DNA from: Stegostoma tigrinum
Taxonomy: Eukaryota
Direction: 5' to 3'
Assembly (NCBI RefSeq): GCF_030684315.1
Contig: NC_081356.1
Coordinates: 132,792,933-132,856,932 of the forward strand
DNA length: 64,000 bases
In this document: piece after piece, positions 12,371 to 23,800 of the stretch
Numbering within the stretch: the first letter of the stretch is position 1
Layout: each line of letters starts with the position of its first letter
Made by a program: the position numbers and the translations under genes
The notes under the pieces: generated by a model
The model's input: only the letters and a program-made list of their open reading frames with translations
Database searches by the model: none
Told to the model about the DNA's origin: nothing

Positions 12371-13129
12371 GTACAGAGTATTGAGCAACACAGCCCACCC
12401 ATTTCCCAAAGGCCCACAGAGACACAGCAGATTGCATTCTTACAGCCCCTCATGGGTAACAAAACATCCCAATGTGCTCCTTTGGGATGTTACAAAACAA
12501 AATATACAGTATCTGGTGAAATTAGAATAGAAGGCCAAAAGTTTGGCCACATTTTCCGGAGACTCTTATAGAAAGGTATGATAGGTGGAGAGGTTGAGGG
12601 CTTTGAATTCTGACCCTAGTGCTCAGTCAGATACAGGCTTGGCTATCAATGCTGGAGGAGTTCAAATTAGATACAACAGAGATCAGAATGACCAGGAACC
12701 AGAATCAGAGAAACATTGCAATCTGTTCGAGCTAGAGAAAGATACAGCGTCGGAGGAGTGAGTCTACAGACAGAATTGGAAACAACAATGAAGCGTGTTA
12801 GGTGTTACCTATAATTATATGCCATGATGGGTCATGAATTTTGGGAAATTATTTATTGCGCTTTTAAACATACTCTATAGCCAATGTCATGAGTTGCAAA
12901 ATTAGACATTTTGTTATTGTATGACAGTTGGAGGTTCAGAAAGCAGGGCAATATTCTACAGCAGATTAAACCATGATGTCCCAATGCATTTCTGCACCCG
13001 GTCTGCTTCAGCTTTTTATGTTTGGACAGTGATGAGGCCACGTAGGCAAGAGTCGTTTCCAAGATAACGCTTGGGTATTCTGGTTCGGGGGGTGACACTG
13101 CTAACTCCACTTGTTATTTTCAATCCCAG

Positions 13130-13384
13130 GTTTGCTCCAGCGTCTTCCCCAGCTGGGACCAGTTTAAGAATCACCTGGCAGTTCACACAGGCGAGAAACC
13201 CAATCACTGCACCATTTGCGACATGTGGTTCATGCGGGCTAGCGAGCTGCGGCAACATGTCAAGGATGTCCATGGAGCTGCTGAGCAGGAAGTGGGCGAG
13301 GTGACGGAAATTGTGGTGCCCGTGGAGGTGATTGACACTGAGGCGATGGAGGGGGAGACTATCATTGAGCAGGTGACTGCGTAG
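13130..13384 (+). CDS. ZNF131: ZNF131 probable last coding exon (fingers 5-6 and short acidic tail, TAG stop)
   Basis: aatcccag acceptor. Reads VCSSVFPSWDQFKNHLAVHTGEKPNHCTICDMWFMRASELRQHVKDVH...ETIIEQVTA*. It is absent from the ORF track in this frame. Confidence 0.9.
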   Translation, partial: VCSSVFPSWDQFKNHLAVHTGEKPNHCTICDMWFMRASELRQHVKDVHGAAEQEVGEVTEIVVPVEVIDTEAMEGETIIEQVTA

Positions 13385-14158
13385 GAGATGGCCATGAGAG
13401 TCGGGGAGGAAGGGTTTGACACCCAGATCAAATTCTTCCACACCCAACCAACCAGGCTCAGTGTAAGCGAGTGTGAGGAGAAGTTACCAACCTGCAGTGG
13501 GTAGAAGTAGGGTTATCAACGGGGCAATTCAAAGCCGCTGACACCAGCTTTGATGACAACTAGCAGTACTCTTCTCAGTGTGGGGACTACTCAGTGGCTG
13601 CATTTCCACCGTTGTCGAACTACAAGTGGCAACCAAATTCTTTTTGCCACCTGACTGGAAAGAACTGCAGTGCAAGACTGTAAATGAAATCTTCTTGCCT
13701 GAGCTTGTTTGGACTTACACAGCTATTGAAGTGTTTGGGTTACCATCGTTCGGTCCAGGGCTGTGAAGTATCTGGGTTAACAGGAACCATTTGCGATGGG
13801 AACGCTGTTGCAACCACTGGCTGAAAATCCCAGCCGACTACTTTTGACTCGTGGCAAAGCAATATGGACACACCACAGATTGTACACCAGGCACTGCTGC
13901 TGGAAGCACCCTATTGTGCAGTCACAGTCACATATATACTGGGAATCTTTGTTAATATTAACTTCAATCACCTGTGCTTTGTACATAGCTGGGGGTGCAG
14001 CCTGTCTGGTCTACCAAGAAGTGCTGGACCTTTTGGAATGGATTGTTGATGCAAAGTGGAGAAGACCCACTTGTGCTGGGGTCATTTCAGTCACCCAGCT
14101 CACTTCTGTAAACATTCACAATGAATGCGCAACGATTAAGTCCATTTACAGGCCTGTC

Positions 14159-14164
14159 AATAAA
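14159..14164 (+). promoter_or_regulatory. Candidate ZNF131 polyadenylation signal
   Basis: AATAAA about 775 nt after the stop codon, followed by GT-rich sequence. Support is positional only. Confidence 0.4.
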
Positions 14165-14951
14165 AAACAGTGGCTGGTTCAGTAGACAGCAGGTCTGTTG
14201 TCTTTCATTCACATAATTTCACATTGAGCCCTGTTCCCTCCTCCTCTCACCTGATGGCTTAGCTGATTACTAGCTGTTCAGGAAAGTCTGTTGCTTTCAA
14301 TCACAACTGGTGTAAGGAGTGTGGCTATTGCATTCCTCTTTGTCTGCATCAATAGTTTGCACTTACAAAATGCCTTTAGGAGGGAACATAATATGACATG
14401 GAAATCACAAAAAGATCATGGAGAAGATGGCCAAAAGGTTAGTCAAAATGGTAGGCTTTTAACAAAACTATTTAAAGGAGAGAAAAGTCGAGTGTCTTAA
14501 GAGGAGAAATGCAGAGGTTGGGGCTAAGACAGCTGAAGGCATTAACACGTACGCACTAGAGATTAGCCAGTGTAAGGTGCCAGATGAGCAAGTCTTGGTT
14601 GAGTTAAGTAGCAGAGTTTTAAGTTTAGAATTAGAATAAGAATTAGCTTTATTGTCACATGCACTGGAATGAGTGCAGTGAAAAGTTTGTGATATCGCCA
14701 TTTATGGTGCCATGTTGGGTACAAGATATTTATGTACAGGTACTTGAGTATTTGGTACAAAAATGAAAGAATAATAGAACTCCAGCATAAGAATAAAACA
14801 AAAGAAATGCACTCTAATTACAGTCCTTTTAATCCAAACCTGTGCCAGCACCAGAACTCCAGACTGCACCTCACCATTCCGGGTGTATTATGTAGGAAGC
14901 TGGCCTGGAGTGCATTGATATTCAAGATTCCCTGACTATGACTAAATATAT

Positions 14952-15185
14952 TTGAGAGAGATAATGGGAACTGCAGATGCTGGAGATTCCAAGATAATAA
15001 AATGTGAGGCTGGATGAACACAGCAGGCCAAGCAGCATCTCAGGAGCACAAAAGCTGACGTTTCGGGCCTAGACCCTTCATCAGAGAGACTCTCTGATGA
15101 AGGGTCTAGGCCCGAAACGTCAGCTTTTGTGCTCCTGAGATGCTGCTTGGCCTGCTGTGTTCATCCAGCCTCACATTTTATTATC
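14952..15185. mobile_element. Perfect 96-bp-arm palindrome from the Penelope-like 3' end (family A), with tail and 11-bp TSD
   Basis: Arms 14993-15088 and 15090-15185 with a 1-nt spacer; tail 14960-14992. ACTAAATATAT at 14941-14951 and 15186-15196. Confidence 0.92.
15094..15121 (+). ncRNA. Minimal type I hammerhead ribozyme core (mirror copy at 15057-15084 on the minus strand)
   Basis: CTGATGA-A-GGGTCTAGGCCC-GAAACGTC contains the CUGANGA and GAAA boxes, stem II, a palindromic ACGT stem III and a GUC cleavage triplet. Stem I is only about 2 bp. Confidence 0.7.
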
Positions 15186-15654
15186 ACTAAATATATATGG
15201 TTGACATTAGATAATTGGACCCCTGCCCAGCTGGAGAACAATGGAGAAGCATTGAAGGAGGAAAGTATGGTCACAATTGTGGAAGGCTATAGGCATGTTG
15301 AGAAGGCTGAGGAGGGATAGTTTAGCTTTGCTGTTTGTGAGCTTGATGAGAACTGATTCAGTAACTGTTGATAGGCCAGAAACTTGTTTGGAGGATTTTA
15401 ACCATAGAATTCCAGGAAAGATGGGCATGGATTTGGAGATGATAACTTTTAAGATATGACACCGTTGTGATTACGCTACTGGTTCAGTACTCCAGAGGCA
15501 AGATAATGGAGACAGTTTTGAAATTCCACTGCAGCTGTTGGGGAATTTAAATGTTGTTTATATTTTGATGATGTAGAGAAGCTTCAGGAAGATTCAGGTA
15601 GGCTAAGTGCATGGGTAAGAACATGACAGGTAGAATGTAACGTGGAGTTATCTG

Positions 15655-15925
15655 TGGCACAATCGTTAGCACTGCTGCCTCACAGCACCAGGGACCTGGG
15701 TTCAAACTACCCTTGGGTGACTGTGAGGAGTTTGCATGTTCTTGCCTGTCTGCATTGGTTTCCACCCACTGTACAAAGATGTGCAGGTTAGGTGGATTGG
15801 CCATGGTAAATGTGGGGTTACAAATTGGGTAATGGGTGGGTCTAGGTGGGATGCTCTTCGGAGGGTTGGTTTGGACTGAACGGGCCAAAAGGACTGGTTT
15901 CACACTGTAGGATTCAATTATTCTA
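15655..15925 (+). mobile_element. HE1-type SINE
   Basis: tRNA head (GGTTCAAA B box) and core AAAGATGTGCAGGTTAGGTGGATTGGCCATG. Confidence 0.8.
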
Positions 15926-16715
15926 CATATCCGCTTTGGTAGGAAAACAGACTTGCAGAGTATTTTTTTAAATGGTGAGGGATTGTGAACTCTTGATGTC
16001 CAAGGGGACTTGGATGTCCCTGCACACAAATAATTGAAAGCTAATACATAAATGTAGGAAGCAATTAGGAAGACAAGTAGTTTGTTGGTGTTTATCATAG
16101 ATTTGAGTCCAGAAGTTAAGATGTGTTGCTGTAACTGTATAAAACCTTTGGTGAGATCACACCTGGAGTACTATGGACAGTGTTGGTCTCCTTATCGAAG
16201 GAAGGATGTACTTGCCAGAGAGGAAGTATAACAAACATTCAACAGATTGTCTTGTGAGGAGTGATTGAGGGCCTGGGCTTATATGGAAACATAGAAGATA
16301 GGAGCAGAAGGAGGCTATTTAGCCTTTCGAGCCTGCTCCTCCATTCTTCATTATCTTGGCTGATCATCCAATTCAATAGCCTAGTTCTGCTTTCTCCCCA
16401 CAGCCTTTGAAGCCATTCACCCCAAGTGCTGTTTTTGGGTGCCTCTTGAATATATTCAATGTTTTGGCATCAACTACTTCCTGTGGTAGTGAATTCAACA
16501 GGTTCATCACTCTTGCGGTGAATAAATGTTTCCTTATATCTGTCCTAAATCGTCCACCCCAAATCCTCCTACTATGACTGCTGGTTCTGAACACACCCAC
16601 CATCGGGAATATTCTCCCTGCATCTACCATGTCCAGCCTTGTGAGAATTTTATAAACTTCTGAGATCCCCTCTCATTTGTCTCAACTTTCATGAAAACAT
16701 TCCCAACCTAGTCAA

Positions 16716-18910
16716 GTGATAATGGGAACTGCAGATGCTGGAGAATCCAAGATAATAAAATGTGATGAACACAGCAGGCCAAGCAGCATCTCAGGAGCAC
16801 AAAAGCTGACGTTTCGGGCCGAGACCCTTCATCAGAGAGGGGGATGGGTTGAGGGTTCTGGAATAAATAGAGAGAGAGGGGGAGGCGGACCGAAGATGGA
16901 GAGAAAAGAAGATAGGTGGAGAGGAGAGTATAGGTGGGGAGGTAGGGAGGGGATAGATCAGTCCAGGGAAGACGGACAGGTCAAGGAGGTGGGATGAGAT
17001 TAGTAGGTAGGAGATGGAGGTGCGGCTTGGGGTGGGAGGAAGGGATGGGTGAGAGGAAGAACAGGTTAGGGAGGCAGAGACAGGTTGGACTGGTTTTGGG
17101 ATGCAATGGGTGGAGGGGAAGAGCTGGGCTGGTTGTGTGGTGCAGTGGGGGGAGGGGACGAACTGGGCTGGTTGAGGGATGCAGTAGGGGAAGGGGAGAT
17201 TTTGAAACTGGTGAAGTCCACATTGATACCATTAGGCTGCAGGGTTCCCAGGCAGAATATGAGTTGCTGTTCCTGCAACCTTCGGGTGGCATCATTGTGG
17301 CACTGCAGGAGGCCCATGATGGATATGTCATCTAAAGAATGGGAGGGGGAGTGGAAATAGTTTGCGACTGGGAGGTGCAGTAGTTTGTTGCGAACTGAGC
17401 GGAGGTGTTCTGCAAAGCGGTCTCCAAGCCTCCGCTTGGTTTCCCCAATGTAGAGGAAGCCACACCGGGTACAGTGGATGCAGTATACCACATTGGCAGA
17501 TGTGCAGGTGAACCTCTGCTTAATGTGGAATGTCATCTTGGGGCCTGGGATAGGGGTGAGGGAGGAGGTGTGGGGGCAAGTGTAGCATTTCCTGCGGTTG
17601 CAGGGGAAGGTGCCAGGTGTGGTGGGGTTGGAGGGCAGTGTGGAGCGAACAAGGGAGTCACGGAGAGAGTGGTCTCTCCGGAAAGACGACAGGGGTGGGG
17701 ATAGAAAAATGTCTTGGGTGGTGGGGTCGGATTGTAAATGGCGGAAGTGTCGGAGGATGATGCGTTGTATCCGGAGGTTGGTGGGGTGGTGTGTGAGAAC
17801 GAGGGGGATCCTCTTTGGGCGGTTGTGGCGGGGGCGGGGTGTGAGGGACGTGTTGCGGGAAATACGGGAGACGCGGTCGAGGGCGTTCTCGATCACTGTG
17901 GGAGGAAAGTTGCGGTCCTTGAAGAACTTGGACATCTGGGATGTGCGGGAGTGGAATGTCTTGTCGTGGGAGCGGATGCGGCGGAGGCGGAGGAATTGGG
18001 AATAGGGGATGGAATTTTTGCAGGAGGGTGGGTGGGAGGAGGTGTAGTCTATGTAGCTGTGGGAGTCGGTGGGCTTGAAATGGACACAGTTACAAGCTGA
18101 TCCCAGGCCCCAAGATGACATTCCACATTAAGCAGAGGTTCACCTGCACATCTGCCAATGTGGTATACTGCATCCACTGTACCCGGTGCGGCTTCCTCTA
18201 CATTGGGGAAACCAAGCGGAGGCTTGGGGACTGCTTTGCAGAACACCTCCGCTCAGTTCGCAACAAACTACTGCACCTCCCAGTCGCAAACCATTTCAAC
18301 TCCCCCTCCCATTCTTTAGATGACATGTCCATCATGGGCCTCCTGCAGTGCCACAATGATGCCACCCGAAGGTTGCAGGAACAGCAACTCATATTCCGCC
18401 TGGGAACCCTGCAGCCTAATGGTATCAATGTGGACTTCACCAGTTTCAAAATCTCCCCTTCCCCAACTACATCCCTAAACCAGCCCAGTTCGTCCCCTCC
18501 CCCCACTGCACCACACAACCAGCACAGCTCTTCCCCTCCACCCACTGCATCCCAAAACCAGCCCAACCTGTCTCCGCCTCCCTAACCTGTTCTTCCTCTC
18601 ACCCATCCCTTCCTCCCACCCCAAGCCGCACCCCCATCTCCTACCTACTAGCCTCATCCCACCTCCTCGACCTGTCCGTCTTCCCTGGACTGACCTATCC
18701 CCTCCCTACCTCCCCACCTATACTCTCCTCTCCACCTATCTTCTTTTCTCTCCATCTTCGGTCCGCCTCCCCCTCTCTCCCTATTTATTCCAGAACCCTC
18801 TCCCCATCCCCCTCTCTGATGAAGGGCCTAGGCCCGAAACGTCAGCTTTTGTGCTCCTGAGATGCTGCTTGGCCTGCTGTGTTCATCCAGCCTCACATTT
18901 TGTTGTCTTG
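16716..18910. mobile_element. Penelope-like element with a large inverted duplication: minus arm about 16716-18090, plus arm about 18097-18910
   Basis: ORF 17066-18121 (-) encodes the RT C-terminus/thumb, a Cys linker (CNRRKCYTC) and GIY-YIG (NVVYCIHCTRCGFLYIGETKR). ORF 18115-18585 (+) repeats the GIY-YIG part. Hammerhead cores at 16808-16835 (-) and 18816-18843 (+). Confidence 0.93.
18816..18843 (+). ncRNA. Minimal hammerhead ribozyme core in Penelope-like 3' UTR
   Basis: CTGATGA-A-GGGCCTAGGCCC-GAAACGTC; the stem II region is a perfect 12-nt palindrome. Confidence 0.7.
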
Positions 18911-19799
18911 TAGCAGAGAATCCCACAGGTTCACCACTCTGAAATTATTCTTCCTCATCTTATTCCTTCGTGACCTACTGCTTGTTACAAAAATACATTC
19001 TAAACCCCTCAGCCAAAGGAAACCTCATCCTTGCATCCAGTTTTCCCAGCCCTGTTCGAGTTTTATGTGTTTCACTAAGATCTCCTCCAACATTCCAGGC
19101 TCCAGTGAATAAAGGCTTGGTCAATCCAGTTTTTTCATACGATACTCCTACTATCCTAGAAATCAGTATGAACCTTTGCACTCACTCTATGGCAGAAAGG
19201 GGCAGGGACAGAACCATGGGCTCCGCTGCTGCTTCTGTCTTCTGGTTCTGGTCTTTGGGCCCCAATATGAGCACATTGGCCTTGCCGAGACTTGAGCATA
19301 CTGTGTTCCTGAGAATCTGTACCTCAATTATTACACCTTGACGTGAAGTATATTCCTTATTGTGTAAGGGAACTACAATTACACACAATATTCCAGATGT
19401 GATCTCATTAAGCCCTGCACAGCTGCAGAAAGACATCCTTTTTCCTGCACTCAAATCCTATTGCAATAAAGGCCAACATACCATTTGCATTCATCATTGT
19501 TTGCTGCGTTTACATGCTTTCTTTGGTGATTGGGATACATGAACACTTTCCAATCTATCACTTCTAAATATTACTCTGTCATCCTGCTCCTCCTACTGAA
19601 GTGGATAACTTCATATTTATCCATGTTATTCTGTATTTGGCCACTAGCTCAATTTGTCTAAATTGCTTTGAACCTCTTTATGGCATCTCACCACTCTCAA
19701 TAACGTCATGGGTTTGGAAGGTGCTATATAAGGAGCCTTAGTGAATTTCAGCAATGCATCTTGTAGGTGGTACATACTGCTGCTACTGATTGTTGGTTG

Positions 19800-20118
19800 T
19801 AGAGAATCATAGAGTCCCTACAGTATGGAAACAGGCCCTTCGGCCCAACAAATCCACAACAAACCTCAAGAGCACCCAGACCCATCCTCCTATAACCCAC
19901 CTAATCTATACCTCCCTGAACACTACAGGTAATTTAGCATGGCCAATCCACCTAACCTGCACATCTTTGGACTGTGGGAGGAAACTGGAGCACCAGGAGG
20001 AAACCCTTTCAGAAACAGGGAGAATGTGCAAACTCCACACAGACAGTTGCCCGACGTTGGAACCAAACTTTGGTCCCTGGTGCCGTGAGGCAGCACTGCT
20101 AACCACTGAGCCACTGTG
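19800..20118 (-). mobile_element. HE1-type SINE
   Basis: Reverse complement of the head GTGGCTCAGTGGTTAGCAGTGCTGCCTCAC and of the conserved core. Confidence 0.85.
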
Positions 20119-20229
20119 GAAGAGGAAGTAGATGTTTGTGGTTGTGCTGCCAGTGAAGCAAGTTGCTTTGTCCTGGATGGTGTAAAGCTTCTTGAATGTT
20201 ATTGGAATTGCACTCATCCAAGCACAAGG

Positions 20230-22348
20230 GCAGCCCTCCACTCCCTTGACTCCAACTCCAACGTCACTATTAAATCTGCTGACAAGGGGAGTGTGGTGTT
20301 AGTGTTGACCTCTACAGTGCTGAGGCCAGACGCCAACTCTCTGATATCTCCTCCTACCGTCCTCTCAATCATGATCCCACTTCTGATCACCAAACCGTCA
20401 TCTCCCAGACTATCAACAACCTCATCACTTTGGGACAACTCCTGTCCACAGCTTCTAACCCATTCGTTCCCGAATTCTGCACTGCCTGTTTTTTATCTTC
20501 CACCCAAAATCCGTAAACCTGACTGCTCCATACGACCCATTGTCTCTGCCTGCTCCTGCCCTACCGAGTTCATCTGCTCCTACCTAGACTCCATTCTGTC
20601 CCCTTTGGTCCAGGAACCTCCAACCTATATTCGTGACACAACCCATGCTCTTCACCTTTTCTAAAACTTTCAATTCCCCGGCTCCCAACACCTCATCTTC
20701 ACCATGGAAATACAGAATCTATACACCTGTATTGCCCACACGGACGGCTTCTTCTTCATCTTCTGTAGGCCCAGCCAATCTCCTACCACTTGCTTGGCTA
20801 AACAGGCGCTCACTCTCAACAATTTCTCCTTCGCTTCCTCCCACTTCCTACAAACCAAAGGGGTGGATGTGGGCACCCACATGGGCCCGAGCCATGCCTG
20901 CCTCTTTGTAGGATTTGTGGAACAGTCCCTCTTCCACAGCTACCTTCACCTTCACCTTTTTCTCTGCCTGATTGCTGACTGCATTGGTGTGACCTAGTGC
21001 TCCCATGAAATGCTTGAGCAGTTCATCAACTTTGCCAACACCTTCTGCCCTGTCCTCAAATTCACCTGGACTGTTTCTGACACTCACTCCCCTTTCTGGA
21101 TGTCTCCACCTCCATCTTCAGAAACCGACTCACCACCAACATCCATTTGAAACGGCATTGACTCCCACAAAAATTTTGACTACACCTCCTGTTACCCACC
21201 ATCCTTTAAAAATGCTAAATCATGCTCCCAGTTCCTCTACCTCTGCCACATCTGCTCCCAGGATGAGGCATTTTACTACAGGACCTTCCAGATGTACTCC
21301 TCCTTTAGGGTCTGTAATTCCCCTCTTCTGTAATTAAGGCCCTCAACTGCCTCTCCTCCATTTTCTACACTTCTTTCCTCAAACCTTCTTCCCCCAACAG
21401 CAATAAGGATAGAGTTCTTTTAGTTCTCACGGACCACCCCACCAACCTCCAGAGTCAATGCATCATCTTCTGACTTTTCCACCACCTACCAACAAATCCC
21501 ACTACCAAAAAGATATTTCCCTCCTCACCCCTGTCTGCTTTCTGCAGGGACTGTTCAGTCCTCAACTCCCCTATCAACTCTACACTCTCCACCACACCCG
21601 GTATCTTTCCCAGCATGTACAGGAGGTGCAACACTTACCCCTACACCACTCATTTCACCTCCATCTGAGACCCCAAACAATCCTTCCAGATCCGGCAGAG
21701 ATTCACCTTCACTTCATTCGACCTTATCTATTGCATCCATTGCTCCTGATGTGGTCTCTTGTACATTAAATGCAGACTCAGGGACCAGTTCACAAAGTAT
21801 CTATATTCTGCACGCATCAGCCGACCTTCCAGTTGCCATTCATTTTCATTTCTCTTCCCACTCCCCTGATGACATGTCCATCCTTGGTCTCCTCCACTGT
21901 CGGAGTGAGGCCAAATGTAAACTGGAGGAACAACACCTGATATTTCACCTTGGGAGCTTACAGCCCAAGGGCCTGATCATTGACTACACCAGCTCCAAAA
22001 TCCCTCCACCCCTAGCCTTATCCCATGTCCAGCCTTCCACTTCCTGACCTGGCCTAACCTGTTCATCTTCCTATTCATCTATCCACTGCACACTTCCCAT
22101 GAACCAATCACCATGAGCCATGAACCATCACCCGCACCCACCTATCACCATCTCTCCCTAACCTTTGCCCAGCCCCACGCCCCCACCTATGTATTTCTGG
22201 GCTCCCTTCCATCTCCCAAGTCCTGACAAAGGGTTTTGGCCCAAAAGGTTGACTTTCCTGCACCTCTGATGCTGCCTGACCTGTTGTACTTTTTCAGCCT
22301 CAGACCTACAGACTCTGGCTTCCAGCATCTGCAGTCCTTATTGTCTCC
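20230..22348 (+). mobile_element. Old, decayed Penelope-like element with RT and GIY-YIG remnants, nested in a minus-strand LINE (about 19700-23200)
   Basis: Motifs IKSADKG, FYLPPKIRKPDCSIRPIVS, MEIQNLYTCI and QTKGVDVGTHMGPSHACLF, then KLEEQHLIFHLGSLQPKGL. The 3' end has a decayed hammerhead and tail. Confidence 0.85.
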
Positions 22349-23199
22349 CAGTATTCCATCACACTCCTGACTTGTGCCTTGTAGATGGTGCACAGGCTTT
22401 GGGGAATCAGGAGTTGTGTTACTTGTAGTGGGATTCCTGGCCTCTGACCTGCTGTTGTAGCCATAATATTTATATGACTGCTCTAGTTCAGATTCTGGTC
22501 AAGGGGAGCTCAGGATTTTGATAATGTTGGATTCAGTGATGGTAATACTGTTGAATGTTAAAGGATGATGGTTAATTTCTTTCTTGTTGGATATGATTAT
22601 TGCCTGGCAATTGTATGACTCAGATGTTGCTTGCTATTTGAGCTGGATACAGTTTGACTGTATCCAGCTCAAACTGGATACAGTCACAGTCTTGCCACTT
22701 TTAGAAATGGACTTTTTCAACATCTGATCAGCCATGAATGGTGCTGAACATGATGCAGTCATCAGTGAGCATCTCCAGTTCTGACTTTTGGATAGAGGGT
22801 ATGTCATCGATGAAACATCTGAAGGTGGTTAGGCTGGGGGCTCTTCCTTGAGGAACTCTTGCAGAATTGTGCTGGACCTGAGCTGACTGATGTCCACCCA
22901 GAATTATCGTCTGATGGACGGTTTTCTCCCCGATTCCCATTGACTCCAGTTTTGTCAGGCACCACGGTATCATAACTGGACAGCTGTAGGCATGCTGTCA
23001 AGGGCAGTTACTCTCACCTCACCCCTGGAGTTTAGCTCTTTTGTCAGTGTTTGAAATAAAGCTGTAATGAGATCAGGAGGTGAGAGGCCCAAGTGGAGCT
23101 CAAACGGAGCATAATAAGGAGGCTATTGCTATCTAAGTGCGGCTTAATATTACTGTTGATGACCACTTTGCTGATGATCGAGAATAGACTGATGGCATG

Positions 23200-23800
23200 G
23201 CCCAAATGGATCAGCAATATAAATCTCTCCCTGCTATACCATCTCTCTCTAATCCACTTTATTCTCCTTTTCCTGATCTTGCTAGGACATGACACTGGGT
23301 GTAATCTTGAAATTATTACCTTTAAGGTCATTCTTTTTAATTATTTCCTAGCTTCCTATATTTTCTTGCAGGATCTCACCCCTTTCTTTCCCTATGTCAT
23401 TAGTTCTGACATGGATCCCAACCTCTGGCTGTTCGCCCTCACCTTTCAGAAGGTCCTGTGGGAACTCTATGATATCCTTGACCTTGGCATTGAGGAGACA
23501 GCAAATAGTTCTTGTGATATCTCTGCAGCTGCAGAAACATCCAAATGTTCTTCCTATGTTAGAATCCTCTGAGAGTACTCTCCCACTCTTATTTTTTAAT
23601 CCTCCATCTCCCAGTGAGCTGTGTGCCGTAGAGTTGGCGCTCGCTGCATTTCGCTGAGAAGCCATCTTCTCTAGTCATAACCAACATGGAAAATCTATTA
23701 GAGGGAGATGAATCCAGGGCCTCCTGCACCACCTGCCCTCGTGCTTTCACTTTGTCATTTATTTCCATTTCTGCCATTGCACTCTTTACCCACAGAGTGC
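23200..23800 (-). mobile_element. CR1 ORF1 remnant (SGNH esterase-like); similar remnant at about 35870-36290 (+)
   Basis: ICCLLNAKVKDI...LKGEGEQPEVGIHVRTNDIG here; IIVHIGRNNI in the 35789 ORF. Confidence 0.7.

Noticed and set aside
10735-13447. Antisense ORFs 10735-11229, 11054-11542 and 13016-13447
   Set aside because: These are shadows of the ZNF131 coding strand with no recognisable domains.
14941-15196. Palindromes as DNA-transposon MITEs or CRISPR-like repeats
   Set aside because: The arms are identical to the 3' UTR of the GIY-YIG retroelement, the ends are asymmetric, TSD length varies and there is no repeat-spacer periodicity.
17066-18585. GIY-YIG ORFs as a bacterial or homing endonuclease, or horizontal transfer
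   Set aside because: The RT-thumb/Cys-linker/GIY-YIG order and multiple decayed copies identify a Penelope-like retroelement.
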